A stretch of 64,000 nucleotides of DNA from Eledone cirrhosa (taxonomy: Eukaryota). Position 1 is the stretch's first letter. The number at the start of each line of letters is the position of its first letter. Shown in pieces: positions 12,898 through 26,630 of this stretch. The notes under the pieces were generated by a model that saw only the letters and a list, made by a program, of their open reading frames with translations, had not been told where the DNA came from and made no database searches. The translations under genes were made by a program, and so were the position numbers. The stretch is from contig OZ024753.1 of assembly GCA_964016885.1 (NCBI GenBank), forward strand, positions 10,912,001 to 10,976,000, read 5' to 3'.

Positions 12898-12957
<60 letters not shown>

Positions 12958-13186
12958 ATAATAATAAAATTGAAGACTAAAATCCAAAGAGGGCTCGATA
13001 AGGAAATTTTATATAAGGAAATATTTTAATAAATATATATATTGAAGAGTTAAACAATATTCAATGATTATGTCAAAGAATGAGTTTTACAGTAGATTGT
13101 AAGCACTCGACGTGAAAATAATTTTCCGGAGTTATTAATATTAGAATATAAATATTAATTAAATAGATGTTCTTTTGATCAATTAC

Positions 13187-13239
13187 ATTTTATTATACAT
13201 ATTTCGGATGTACAACAGTACGTCCTCATCAGACAAAAT
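13187..13239 (-). ncRNA. Type I hammerhead ribozyme
   Basis: ATTTTGT-CTGATGA-GGACGTAC-TGTT-GTACATCC-GAAA-TATGTA-TA-ATAAAAT; 7-bp stem I, 8-position stem II with one mismatch. Confidence 0.85.
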
Positions 13240-13563
13240 ATAATGATACATGACATACCCTGAGATGTTAAATGGTTAAGATTTAATATACACACACATA
13301 TATACACACACATATACACACACACACACACACATACATATACACACACACATATATATACACACACATATACATATATATATACACACACACATCTACA
13401 TATACACACACACATATATATACATACACACACACATATATATATATACACACACACACATATATATATATACACATACACACATATATACACACACATA
13501 TATATATACACACACATATATATATATACACACATATATATATATACACACACACATATATAT

Positions 13564-13594
<31 letters not shown>

Positions 13595-13699
13595 CACACA
13601 CACATATATACACACACACATATATATATTTATATACACACACATATATATATATATGTATATATGTATATATATTTGACATTTCTGCTATTCGAGTGG

Positions 13700-14060
13700 T
13701 ATCTTATCTTTATTTAACCCAAGGTCAGGCTTGATTGGACAAACCTATTATTAGTAGCATTCCAGAAGTGACCATCCCATCTTTTTATTTATCGGGATCT
13801 TGTTTAGTTTATTTTGCTTACACTTAGTATACCTAGGAGTACATAACCTTATGTTCTTTCCCCTAACTCAATAGAGTGGGAATTGAGGAATGATCCAGCT
13901 GCTATTTCTAGCAGAAGATGCGACCATGTGGAGGTCACCACGTCGTAGTCATTATTGCAGTTATATTGGCTTAAACAGCCCCAGGTCAACCAGGTTTAAT
14001 TTAAGGGGAAAATGTCTGCTGCGCTATTTCTAGCATATCGTCTGACCACGAGGAGGCTCG
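13700..14060 (+). mobile_element. Old degenerate interspersed repeat (..GAGATTTGGCTGCTATTTCTAGCA..GACCAC..)
   Basis: Diverged copies of the motif at ~7780, 8525, 12110, 13885, 14010, 14930, 49600 and 49680. Confidence 0.55.
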
Positions 14061-14707
14061 CTTGTCGTTGTCACCTCTATCTGAAAGATGATGGCGGTGT
14101 TGGTGGTGGTGGTGGTTGGTGGTTATGGTGGCGTTGGTGGTGGTGGTGGTGGTCATGCTGGTGCTTGGTGGTTGGTGGTGGTGGTGTAGGTGATGGGGGT
14201 TGAGATGGTGGTGTTGATGGTGGTGGTTGGTGTTGGTGGCGGTGGTGGTTATGGTGGCGGTGGTGGTGGTGGTGGTGGTGATGGTGATGGTGGTGATGGT
14301 GGTGGTGCTGATGGTGGTGATAACATTGCAGAAGATGTTAAGGAAGATGTCGTCTCTATGTTGACACTACAGTAGTAGGTGGAAGTGTCAACACCTGTTA
14401 TTTTATTATAGTAGTGGTAGTAGTAGTAGTGGTGGTGGTAGTAGTGATAGTAGTAGTGATAGTAGTAGTAGTAGTGGTGGCAATAGTAGTAGTAGTAGTA
14501 CTAGTAGTGGTGGTGGTAGTGTTGGCAGTAGTAGTGGTGGTAATAGTAGCAGTAGTAATTGTAGTTGTGGTAGTAGTAGTAGTAGAAGTTGTAGTTGTGG
14601 TAGTAGTTGTGGTAGTAGTAGTACACTCCAACCACGACCACCCTGTTTATAACAGTCTATCTAATACCATAACCTTGTACTGTGTATTAAAACAAGATGG
14701 AGGTGTA

Positions 14708-14918
14708 ATAATGGTTTCTTATATAGGCACAAGGCCAGCAATTTTGGGGGAAGGGAAAAGTCGATGAAATCGACCCCAGTACATTACTGGTACTTTATTT
14801 TATCGACCTAGTAAGGATGAAAGGCAAAGCTAACCTCGGCGGGATTTGAACTCAGACCGTAAAGGGATGTAACTATGCTAGAAAGCATGGCGTCCAACCC
14901 TCTACCGATACTGCCAAT
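14708..14918 (-). mobile_element. SINE family A, long form
   Basis: Reverse complement of the consensus, including the central GGGGTCGATT..CCCC segment. Confidence 0.85.
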
Positions 14919-14984
14919 AATAATATGGGGGAGGTTTGTTTACTATTTTTAGCAGGCAGAGAGACCACGTGGAGTCTTACTCTA

Positions 14985-16966
14985 ATAGTAGTTGATGATA
15001 CAGATGGTGATGATGATGATGCTGGTATCGATTTGGGGTGTTGCTGTTATTGGTGATGATGGTAGTTGTGGTCGTGGTAGAGGTGGTGGTGCTAGTAGTA
15101 GTAGTGGTAGTAGTGTTAGTGGTAGTAATAGTAGTAGTTGTGGTGGTAGTGGTTGTGGTACTAGTAGTCGTAGTAGTGGTGGTAGAGGTGGTGGTGCTAG
15201 TAGTAGTAGCGGTGGTGGTATTAGTAGAGGTGGTGGTAGTAGCGCTGGTGGTGTTAGTAGCGGTGGTGGTAGTAGAGGTGGTGGTGCTAGTAGTAGTAGC
15301 GGTGGTGGTGTTAGTAGAGGTGGTGGTAGTAGTAGTAGTTGTGGTAGTAGTAGTTGTGGTAGTAGTGGTTGTGGTAGTAGTAGTCGTAGTAGTGGTGGTG
15401 CTAGTAGTGTTGGTGGTAGTAGTATATGAGATAGTAATGATGGTGGTGGTGGTGGTGGTGGAGAAGGTAATGGTGAAGGTGGTGGTGGTGGTGGTGAAGG
15501 TAATGATGATGGTGGTGGTGGTGGTGGTGGTGGTGAAGATGGTGGTGGTGAAGATGGTGGTGGTGGTGGAGAAGGTAATGATGATGGATGTGGTGGTGGT
15601 GAAGGTGGTGGTGGTGAAGATGGTGGTGGTGGTGGTGAAGGTAATGATGATGGGTGGTGATGGTAGTGGTGAAGGTGGTGGTGGTGATGGTGGTGGTGGT
15701 GAAGATGGTAATGATGATGGATGGTGGTGGTGGATGTGATGGTAGTGGTGAAGGTGGTGAAGATGGTAATGATGATGTATGTGGTGGTGGTGGTGATGGT
15801 AGTGGTGAAGGTGGTGGAGGTGGTGGTGGAGGTGGTGGTGCAGATGGTGGTGGTGGTGGTGCAGATGGTGGTGGTAGTGGTGAAGGTGGTGGTGGTGATG
15901 GTAGTGGTGAAGATGGTGGTGGTGGTGGTGGTGCAGATGGTGATATGTGACGATGGTTGCGGAGCTGATGACAATATTTCTGAGGGGAAGTGGTTGTATG
16001 TTGTAAGAAAAGTAGCAATGTGTGTGTGTGTGTGTGGGGGGGGGGGATCTTGGGTGGCAGGCTGCTGCTGGTGCTGGTGGTGGTGCTGCTGCTGGTGGTG
16101 GTGGTGGTGCTGTTATTGGTGCTGCTGCTGGTGGTGGTGGTGCTGTTATTGGTGCTGCTGCTGGTGGTGGTGGTGGTGGTGCTGTTATTGATGCTGCTGG
16201 TGGTGGTGGTGGTGCTGTTATTGATGCTGCTGGTGGTGCTGGTGGTGGTGCTGTTATTGATGCTGGTGGTGGTGGTGGTGGTGGTGCTGTTATTGGTGCT
16301 GGTGCTGCTGGTGGTGGTGGTGCTGTTATTGATGCTGCTGGTGGTGCTGGTGGTGGTGCTGTTATTGGTGCTGGTGGTGGTGGTGGTGGTGGTGCTGGTG
16401 GTGGTGGTGGTGCTGCTGGTGGTGGTGGTGCTGTTATTGGTGCTGGTGGTGGTGGTGGTGGTGGTGCTGTTATTGGTGCTGGTGGTGCTGCTGCTATTGC
16501 TGGTGCTGGTGGTGCTGCTGCTATTGCTGGTGCTGGTGGTGCTGCTGCTGTTATTGGTGCTGCTGCTGCTGGCGGTGCTGCTGCTGTTATTGTTGCTGCT
16601 GCTGCTGCTGCTGATATTGGTGGTGCTGCTGCTGCTGCTGTTATTGGTGCTGCTGCTATTGCTGCTATTGATGGTGATGATGATATTTCTGAGGGAAGTG
16701 GTTGTATGTTGTAAGAAAAGTAGCAATGTGTGGATGGGTGGTGGTGGTGGTGGTGGTGGGGGTGGATCTTGGGTGGCAGGCTGCTGCTGCTGGTGCTGCT
16801 GATGGTGGTGCTGCTGATGGTGCTGCTGCTGTTATTGCTGCTGCTGGTGGTGATGATGATGATGACAGCATTGATTGTGGTGCACTTATTTCTGCAGTTC
16901 CGGCTTTTGCTGTTGTGTCACAGACCGGGTATGCATGTGTGTGTGTGTGTGTGTGTACACCCTAAT

Positions 16967-16997
<31 letters not shown>

Positions 16998-18555
16998 ATA
17001 CATAGTATGTGTGTGTATATATACATAGAGTGTGTGTGTGTGTATATATACATTGTGTGTGTGTGTGTGTATATATACATAGTGTGTGTGTGTGTGTATA
17101 TATACATAGTGTGTGTGTGTGTGTATATATACATAGAGTGTGTGTGTGTGTATATATACATAGAGTGTGTGTGTGTGTATATATACATAGTGTGTGTGTG
17201 TGTGTATATATACATAGAGTGTGTGTGTGTGTGTGTGTGTATACATAGAGTGTGTGTGTGTGTATATATACATAGAGTGTGTGTGCGTGTGTATATATAC
17301 ATAGTGTGTGTGTATATACATACATAGTGAGTGTGTGTATACATACATAGTGAGTGTGTGTATATATACATAGTGTGTGTGTGTATGTGTATACATAGTG
17401 TGTGTGTGTATGTGTATACATAGTGTGTGTGTGTATGTGTATACATAGTGTGTGTGTGTATGTGTATACATAGTGTGTGTGTGTATGTGTATACATAGTG
17501 TGTGTGTGTATGTGTATACATAGTGTGTGTGTGTGTGTATACATACATAGTGTGTGTGTGTGTATATATACATAGTGTGTGTGTGTGTATACATACATAG
17601 TGAGTGTGTGTATACATACATAGTGAGTGTGTGTATATATACATAGTGTGTGTGTGTATGTGTATACATAGTGTGTGTGTGTATGTGTATACATAGTGTG
17701 TGTGTGTATGTGTATACATAGTGTGTGTGTGTGTGTATACATACATTGTGTGTGTGTGTATATATACATAGTGTGTGTGTGTGTATACATACATAGTGAG
17801 TGTGTGTATACATACATAGTGAGTGTGTGTATATATACATAGTGTGTGTGTGTATGTGTATACATAGTGTGTGTGTGTATGTGTATACATAGTGTGTGTG
17901 TGTATGTGTATACATAGTGTGTGTGTGTGTGTATACATACATAGTGTGTGTGTATATATATACATAGTGTGTGTGTGTATATATACATAGTGTGTGTGTA
18001 TACATACATACATATACATACATATATATTTATATTATTCAGTTGAAGAAGTACGAATAAAACCGTCTCATTTATTATGTGTGTGTGTATATATATATAT
18101 ATACATATATATATATGTGTATGTAGGTACGTGTATATATATATATGTACACATATATATATATATATGTGTATGTAGGCACGTGTGTGTATATATATAT
18201 GTACACACATATATATATATATGTGTATGTAGGCACGTGTGTATATATATATGTACACACACACATATATATATATGTGTGTATGTAGGTACGTGTGTAT
18301 ATATATATATGTACCACACACACACATATATATATATATATGTGTATGTAGGTACGTGTGTATATATATATATATATGTACCACACACACATATATATAT
18401 ATATGTGTATGTAGGTACATGTGTATATATATATATGTACCACACACACATATATATATGTGTATGTAGGTACATGTGTATATATATATGTACACACACA
18501 CACATATATATATATATATATGTGTGTATGTAGATACGTGTGTATATATATATGT

Positions 18556-18595
<40 letters not shown>

Positions 18596-18739
18596 ATGTA
18601 GGTACGTGTGTATATATATATGTACCACACACACACATATATATGTGTATGTAGGTACGTGTGTATATATATATATGTACACACACATATATATATCATA
18701 TGTGTATGTAGGTACGTGTGTATATATATATGTACACAT

Positions 18740-18791
<52 letters not shown>

Positions 18792-18889
18792 ATGGAGGCA
18801 CGTGTGTATATATATATGTACACACACACATATATATATATATGTATATATGTGTATGTAGGTACGTGTGTATATATATATGTACACAT

Positions 18890-18921
<32 letters not shown>

Positions 18922-18953
18922 GTGTATGGAGGCACGTGTGTATATATATATGA

Positions 18954-18987
<34 letters not shown>

Positions 18988-20960
18988 GTGTATGTAGGTA
19001 CGTGTGTATATATATATGTACACACACACATATATATATATACACACATATATATATATATATATATATGTGTGTGTATGTAGGTACGTGTGTATATATA
19101 TATGTACACACACACATATATATATATATATCATATGCAATCATGCATCTGCTAATGGTAATTAATATGATGATGATGATGATAGCAATAATGAGGGAGA
19201 AGTGTTAATGACAACACATTTTCGAAAGATAATGTTAACGATGATGGTGATGGTGGTGGTGGTGATGGTGATGGTGTTGGTGTTGGTGGTGGTGATGGTG
19301 ATGGTGATGGTGTTGGTGTTGGTGGTGGTGATGGTGATGGTGGTGGTGTTGGTGGTGGTGGAAATGGTGGAAATGTTGGTGGTGGTGGTGATGATGGTGA
19401 TGGTGATGATGGTGATGGTGGTGATAGTGGTGATGGTGATGGTGGTGATGGTGGTGATGGTGATGGTGGTGATGGTGGTGGTGATGGTGGTGGTGATGGT
19501 GGTGGAAATGGTGGAAATGTTGGTGGTGGTGGTGATGGTGGAGATGGTGATTGTGGAGATGGTGGAAATGGTGATGGTGATGGTGGTGATGGTGATGGTG
19601 GTGATGGTGGAGATGGTGGTGATGGTGGTGGTGATGGTGGTGATGGTGGTGGTGATGGTGGTGATGGTGATGGTGGTGATGGTGATGGTGGAGATGGTGA
19701 TGATGGTGGTGGTGATGGTGATGGTGGAGAAGGTGATGGTGGAGAAGGTGATGGTGGTGATGGTGGAGAAGGTGATGGTGATGGTGATGATGGTGATGGT
19801 GGTGATGGTAGAGAAGGTGATGGTGATGATGATTGTGATTGTGGTGATTGTCAGTGACAGTGAATCTATCTACGACATCGACTGCTGCTGCTGAAGATGG
19901 TGATTGTCAGCGAGAGAGCATCTACCAATGACAGTGACTGCTGCTGCTGATACTAGAACTGCGATGACAACAGCAATGGCATGTTAAAAAGTGGGGAGGG
20001 GGGGGGGCTGAAGAAGAAGAAGAAAAAGAAAAAGAAGAAGAAAGAAACGAAGAAGAAAGAAACGAAGAAGAAAGAAGAAAAAGACGAAGAAAAAAGAAAG
20101 ACGAATAAGAAGAAAGGATAACTGAGAAGGAAAAGAAAAAGACGAAGCAGAAAAAGAAGAAAAAATGTAAAAGAACAAGAAGAAGAAGAAGAAATCTAAG
20201 AATAGGGAGACGGAAGACTTGAAACATGAGGGGCAGGGGGTAGAAACATGGGGGGGGGGAGAGTTAGAAACATGAGGGGGTGGGGTGAGGAGTATAAGAA
20301 GTAAAAGAAGACGAAAAACAAGTAAAGAAATATAAGAAATGTGCTGTCTATCAGCGAAAAGAAACCGGAGCAGGTGGTAGTAGTGGTTGTTGTTGGGTAG
20401 TGGTGGTGGTTGTGGTAGTGGTGGTGGTAGTGGTGGTGGTGGTTGTGGTTGTGGTAGTGGTGGTTGTGGTTGTGGTAGTGGTGGTAGTGGTGGTAGTGGT
20501 GGTGGTGGTGGTGGTGGTGGTGGTGGTTGTGTTAGTAGTGGAAGTGATGTTAGTAGTGGAAGTGATGGTGGTAGTGGAAGTGATGGTGGTAGTGGTAGTG
20601 ATGGTGGTAGTGGTAGTGGTTGTAGTGGTTGTTGTAGTGGTAGTGGTGGTGGTTGTAGTAGTACTAGTGGTTGTAGTAGTAGTAGCGGTGGTAGTAGTAG
20701 TGGTGGTGGTAGTAGTATTGATGGTTGTTGTAGTGGTTGTTGTTGTAGTGGTGGTGGTGATAGTGGTGGTGGTACTGGTGGTGGTTGTGTTAGTAGTGGT
20801 AGCAGTAGTGATGATAGTAGTAGTAAAGTTTGTCGTGTTGGTAGTGATAGTAATGGTTGTGGTGGTAGTAGTAGTGCTGATAGCAGTAGTAGTGGTAGTA
20901 GTAGTCGCAGTAGTAGTAGTAGTCGCAGTAGTAGTAGTGGTGGTAGTAAGAGTAGTAGTA
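14985..20960. repeat. Low-complexity block: GGT/TAG/GCT mosaics, (TG)n-TATACATAG and TATGTAGGTACG minisatellites, GAA tract
   Basis: Direct observation. Confidence 0.9.
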
Positions 20961-20996
20961 ATAACTGTCTTTTAGCCCTAGGTCATCCCCACTGAA

Positions 20997-21158
20997 ATTG
21001 GCAGAATTGCTTTGTGACAGAGTTATGGCCCTTTACCTTATGAGTTCAAATCCTGCCGAGGTTAACTTTGCCTTTCATCCTTACAGGGTCGATAAAATAA
21101 AGTACCAGTAATGCACTGGGGTAATTTGCTGGCCTTGTGGCAAAAGTAGAAGCAATTA
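20997..21158 (+). mobile_element. SINE family A (head partly deleted)
   Basis: B-box plus conserved core. Confidence 0.8.
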
Positions 21159-21302
21159 TTTAGTCTTTTGTAATCTGATACGCTATCATCCTCGATACGA
21201 TAAACATACAGTGTATTTATAAACATGCATATGTCTCTATATACGTCAGAGTGTGTAGCTGTGTGTATAGCATCGTGTGTAAGTGTGTGTATATATATAT
21301 AT

Positions 21303-21742
21303 AGAGCTCTTAAGAGTCAATGGCCATCCAAAATCACCGGGAGAGATGACCCCTTAGACTTTGTCAAGGCAGAATTCTAGAAGGAAAACTCTGATATAAC
21401 ACCAGCAACCCTGATGGTATCCAATGATGTTGACTTGTTCTTCTTTTTGGTAAATATCCTCTTGGTTAAGAGAGTGGGACTGGCTTTGTGCAGTGCCTTT
21501 GCTCACTATAAAAGCTTCACGGCACAGGCATTGCTTTATATCTGGAGATCTCTCTGCACTTGTCGTCACATGGTACCATGGGCCCAGCACTATGTGTCAG
21601 TAATTGTCACAAGTGTAGTGTTTGTACCAGAGTTTTCAAGTCGCTGGCTGGACTAAAAAGTCACACTCGTTCAGCGCATCGGTAGGGGTTCTCCTACATG
21701 GATATAAAGTAGTGGCCGTACTCGAAAACGAGTTGGCAGCCA

Positions 21743-21744
<2 letters not shown>
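21303..21744 (+). mobile_element. Non-autonomous RTE-type LINE derivative, 3' part with C2H2 zinc-finger relic
   Basis: Encodes CSVCTRVFKSLAGLKSHTRSAHR* near the 3' end; near-identical copies at 51446-52057 (-) and 61165-61449 (+); ends in (TA)n. Confidence 0.7.
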
Positions 21745-21781
<37 letters not shown>

Positions 21782-22112
21782 GGTCGGCTTTGCTTGGCCA
21801 CAGCCAAAGCTTCGATTTTACTAAGCTTCCACTTATATATATATATAGTTGTTATATAGTAAGGTGCATTATTGGTTGTGGAAATTATGTTAGCAATATT
21901 AAGTTCTCCACGCTTTTGTATATCTCCAATTCCATTCAAGGGAACAGCTAGATGATGTAAAACGGAGTATAAGTATCAAAATGAAAATCCGAAGACAAGG
22001 TAAAATTCCAATCATTTAATCACGACACATGTTTCAATAAGAGATAGATCGATTGTGAAGCCATGATCGATTATCACTGATCTCATATCAAGAATTTGAA
22101 GACATTTCATTT

Positions 22113-22186
22113 TCACCTGATGAGATCAGTGATAATCGATCATGGCTTCACAATCGATCTATCTCTTACTGAAACATGTGTCGTGA
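22113..22186 (+). ncRNA. Type I hammerhead ribozyme (GUC site, irregular stem II) in fold-back element 21960-22232
   Basis: TCAC-CTGATGA-47 nt with GATA/ATCGAT pairing-GAAA-CATGTG-TC-GTGA. Confidence 0.65.
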
Positions 22187-22227
22187 TTAAATCATTGGAA
22201 TTTTACCTTGCCTTCGGATTTTCATTT

Positions 22228-22260
<33 letters not shown>

Positions 22261-22446
22261 TAAAGAGATAATTAATTTGCTGGTAATTCAACAAATTTAT
22301 TTATAACAGACGCGAAGCACTCGACAGCTTTCCTGGAGTATAATATCAATGATATTAATAAATGGAAACTATATTTCCAAACGGAACCTGAACCGATAAG
22401 GTCTGGTGGTTTCTCGGATATGTCACTATTTATAAATCAAATTTTG

Positions 22447-22509
22447 TATTTTATCTGATGAAGGCGTACCAAAGTTTTTTGGTACCCTTGAAATATATAT
22501 AATAAAATA
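22447..22509 (+). ncRNA. Type I hammerhead ribozyme
   Basis: TATTTTAT-CTGATGA-AGGCGTACCAAA-GTTT-TTTGGTACCCTT-GAAA-TATATA-TA-ATAAAATA; perfect 8-bp stem I; predicted cleavage after 22501. Confidence 0.85.
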
Positions 22510-22559
22510 AATATGGTTTTATAAATATAGTTTCCAAGTATCAATATATATATAGTAGG

Positions 22560-22773
22560 AACGATCGACTTTCGTCAAATCGGACCGAGGAAACAATGTT
22601 TCCGTTGGTCTTTCCAATTGCTAATACTATCTATCGGCCGCAACTCCAGGTAGAAGGAGCAACGTGAAATAAAGTGTCTTGCCCAAAGACATAACGCATC
22701 GCCTGGTCCAGGAATCGAACTCACAACCTCACGATTGCGAATCCAATTCTCTAACTACTCAGCCACACGCCTT
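22560..22773 (-). mobile_element. SINE family B (tRNA head, V-domain-like TGTCYTTGRGCAAGRCACTT)
   Basis: A-box TGGCTGAGTAG, B-box GAGTTCGATTCC; copies at 36904 (+), 54640 (-), degenerate at ~44125 (+). Confidence 0.8.
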
Positions 22774-22776
22774 CAC

Positions 22777-22819
<43 letters not shown>

Positions 22820-23221
22820 TGGCGTGTGTGGCGTGATAGAAATATGTCAATAGTAACCATGTTTATGTGCATACGCAAGCATGTGTGCGCATTTACATAT
22901 GGATATGTGTGTGTGGCTGAACATGGATATATGAGTATGTACATGTACGTGTGTTTATATGTACATAAGTGTGTATGCATATATATATATGCATACATGT
23001 ATGTATATGTGTATATGTATGTATATATATATATATATATATATGTACATATATGTATGTATATGTGTATATATATATATATTTATTAAAATAACAGATT
23101 AAAGTTTAAGCAAAGAATCGCTATATATATATATATGCATACATACATATGTACATATATGTACGTATATGTGTATATATATATATATGCATGCATGCAT
23201 GGGTATATACAAATGTATGTA

Positions 23222-23323
23222 CAGTTGCCCCCGATATTCGCGGAGGTTAAGTTCCTGGAACATATCGTGAACATATTTACGATACCGCGAATAACTGGGA
23301 CTGCAAATGCCGTGGGTACACTG
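23222..23323. mobile_element. Tigger/pogo-like MITE remnant
   Basis: TA-CAGTTGCCCCCGATATTCGCGG ... CCGCGAATA..GGGTACACTG-TA. Confidence 0.55.
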
Positions 23324-23734
23324 TATATATATATATGCATGTATTTATCTACGCATGTGTATGTATATATATATATATATACGAGTAATATTCATGTATG
23401 TTTATTATCCACACGTGTGTGTCAGTTTAACCTCCACGTCGCGTGAGAACATTTGTTCTGTTGTGTGGAATACTGGGTGGGGGTGGGGGCGGGGAGGAAG
23501 AAAAGGAGGGTGTTAGATCTAGAGATAGATGAGAGAGGGGGAGAGAGAGATATAGAGGGAGGATGAGAGGGTGGGAGAAGGGGAGACAGGAAGGGAGGGG
23601 AGAGAGATATAGAGAGAGGATGAGAGGGTGGGAGGAGGGAGAGAGGATGAGAGGGTGGGAGGAGGGAGAGAGGGTGGGAGGAGGGAGAGAGGATGAGAGG
23701 AGGGGAGAAGGGGAGAGAGGAAGGGAGGATGAGA

Positions 23735-23784
23735 GGGATATATATATGTGTATATATGTGTATATATGGGTGTATATGTGGGTA

Positions 23785-23816
<32 letters not shown>

Positions 23817-25945
23817 GGTGTGTGTGTGTATATGGGTATATACATATGTATGTATGTGTATGTATATATATGTGTATATGTGTGTATATATGTGTATATG
23901 TCTGTATATATGTGTGTATATGTGTATATGTGTCTATATATGGGTATATATGGGTATATATGGGTATATATGTGTATATATGGGTGTATATGTGTATATG
24001 TGTGTAAATATGTGTATATATGTGTATATGTGTGTAAATATGTGTATATATGGGTATATATGTGTATATATGGGTGTATATGTGTATATGTGGGTATATA
24101 TGTCTATATATGGGTATATATGGGTACATATGTGTATATATGGGTATATATAGGTATATATGTGTATATATGTGTATATATGGGTATATATGGGTATATA
24201 TATATATATATATATATAGGTGTGTGTATGTATATGGGTATATACATATGTATGTATGTGTATGTATATATATATATATATATATAGGTGTGTGTGTGTA
24301 TATGGGTATATACATATGTATGTATGTGTATGTATATATATATATATAGGTGTGTGTGTGTATATGGGTATATACATATGTATGTATGTGTATGTATACA
24401 TATATATATAGGTGTGTGTGTGTGTATATGGGTATATACATATGTATGTATGTGTATGTATACATATATATATAGGTGTGTGTGTGTATATGGGTATATA
24501 CATATGTATGTATGTGTATGTATATATATATATAGGTGTGTGTGCGTGTATGGGTATATACATATGTATGTATGTGTATGTATATATATATATATAGGTG
24601 TGTGTGTGTGTATGGGTATATACATATGTATGTATGTGTATGTATACATATATATATAGGTGTGTGTGTGTGTATATGGGTATATACATATGTATGTATG
24701 TGTATGTATATATATATATATAGGTGTGTGTGTGTGTATGGGTATATACATATGTATGTATGTGTATGTATATATATATATATAGGTGTGTGTGCGTGTA
24801 TGGGTATATATGTATGTATGTGTGTGTATATATATATATATGTGAGGAGGGAGAGCGGTATATGTATGGTACATGTATGTATGGGTACATGTTATAGATG
24901 TGTGTATATATATATTTATGTGTGTGTGCATGTGTGTATATATGTGTGTGTATATATATGTGTGTGTGTGTGTATATATATGTGTTCATATATATATATA
25001 TGTGTGTGTGTGTGTGCATGTGTGTATATGTGTGTATATGTGTGTGTGTATATATATATATGTGTGTGTGTGTGCGCATATATATACATGTGTCTGTGTG
25101 TGTATATGTGTGTGTGTATATATATATATATGTGTGTGTGCGCATATATATACATGTGTGTATATGTGTGTGTGTATATATATATATGTGTGTGTGTGCG
25201 CATATATATACATGTGTGTATGTGTGTGTGTGTGAGTGATCTTATCATTGAGACCGCCCCCCGAAGAAATGAATTCTTGGAGACATCATCACCAACACCT
25301 TCGTCAGTATAGGTTCTGGTTGGTGGTGGTGGTGGTGGTGGTGGTGTGGTGTGGTGGTGTGGGGGTGGGGAGTGGGGTGTAGTGTGGTGGTGTGGTGGTG
25401 GTGTGGTGGTGGTGGTAGTGGTGGTAGTGGTGCTAGTGGTGGTGGTGTTGGTAGTGGTGGTGGTGGTGGTGTTGGTAGTGGTGGTGTTGGTGGTGGTGGT
25501 GGTGTTGGTGGTGGTGGTGGTGTTGGTGCTGGTAATGCTTGTGGTGGTGTTGGAGGTGGTGTGGGTGGTGGTGTTGGAGGTGGTGTGGTTGGTGGTGGTG
25601 GTGGTGGCGGTGGCGTGGTGTGGGGGTGGGGCGTGGGGTGTAGTGTGGTGGTGGTGGTGGTGGTAGTGGTGGTAAAGGTGCTAGTGGTGGTGGTGTTGGT
25701 AGTGGTGGTGGTGGTGGTGTTGGTAGTGGTGGTGGTAGTGGTGGTAGTGGTGGTGTTGGTGGTGGTGGTGGTGTTGGTGCTGGTAATGCTTGTGGTGGTG
25801 TTGGAGGTGGTGTGGGTGGTGGTGTTGGAGGTGGTGTGGTTGGTGGTGGTGGCGGTGGTAATGCTTGTGGTGGTGTTAGTAATGGTATTGTGGGTGGTGA
25901 CAATACTGACGCTGCTGGTGGTGGTGGTGGTGGTGGTGGTGGTTG
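23735..25945. repeat. TATG/TG/TA compound minisatellites and GGT mosaic
   Basis: Direct observation. Confidence 0.9.
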
Positions 25946-26032
25946 ATACCAAGCAAATGGAGAAGATCTAGAGGACGACCAAAAGCAAGATGGTACAACG
26001 ATCTGACCCGGCACCATGGGCCCACATGCTAG
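25946..26032 (+). pseudogene. RTE-clade LINE C-terminal fragment
   Basis: Translates IPSKWRRSRGRPKARWYNDLTRHHGPTC*, matching the R-x-R-G-R-P-x-x-R-W-x-D motif found downstream of RTE reverse transcriptases. Confidence 0.6.
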
Positions 26033-26271
26033 AGAAAATTAGGGGTGAAGGTCAACCAGGAAAGGGTTCCTCCAAAAGGAGTGAAAAATGCACTGGATTC
26101 AGCTTTATTATAATTAGTTAATAGGTCAAAGTTCTTTCGTCACACATTCTTTAACCTCCTTATTGACAAAATTCGAAAAATTACCATCTCCAAACATAAC
26201 AATATGTGTTTCAATAAGCGATTTCACATTAAGAATCTTGCAGAACAATTACTTAAAAGCAACATACATAC

Positions 26272-26334
<63 letters not shown>

Positions 26335-26400
26335 AACATGGGGAGAAGAATACTGCATGGTTGCACATGGATTACATATTATAAAATTAGTCCCTCATCA

Positions 26401-26441
<41 letters not shown>

Positions 26442-26587
26442 ATACTTTGGGAGGGTCATGTTGCCAATAAGAAACACACGAACCAGTTGCTTTCACTTCA
26501 ATTTATTATAATAAATTCATAAATTTAGGAATTTATAAATTTCCGGTTGGTTGGTTGGTTCCAGAACAAGATGGTTGTTTATATATT

Positions 26588-26630
26588 GTCAAAGTTCTTT
26601 CGTCACACATTCTGTGACCTCTTCAATGAC
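26588..26630 (-). ncRNA. Degenerate minimal hammerhead (UUGAAGA core)
   Basis: GTCA-TTGAAGA-G-GTCACA-GAATG-TGTGAC-GAAA-GAAC-TT-TGAC. Confidence 0.5.

Larger units (their letters stand above)
12447..12901. mobile_element. TA-flanked palindromic PLE-like terminal fragment with two hammerheads
   Basis: Arms 12534-12714 and 12721-12901 are reverse complements; extra ~87-nt tail on the left; flanked by (TA)n. Confidence 0.8.

Noticed and set aside
16886-19144. HT/YI/CV-repeat ORFs up to 724 aa
   Set aside because: Translations of dinucleotide microsatellites
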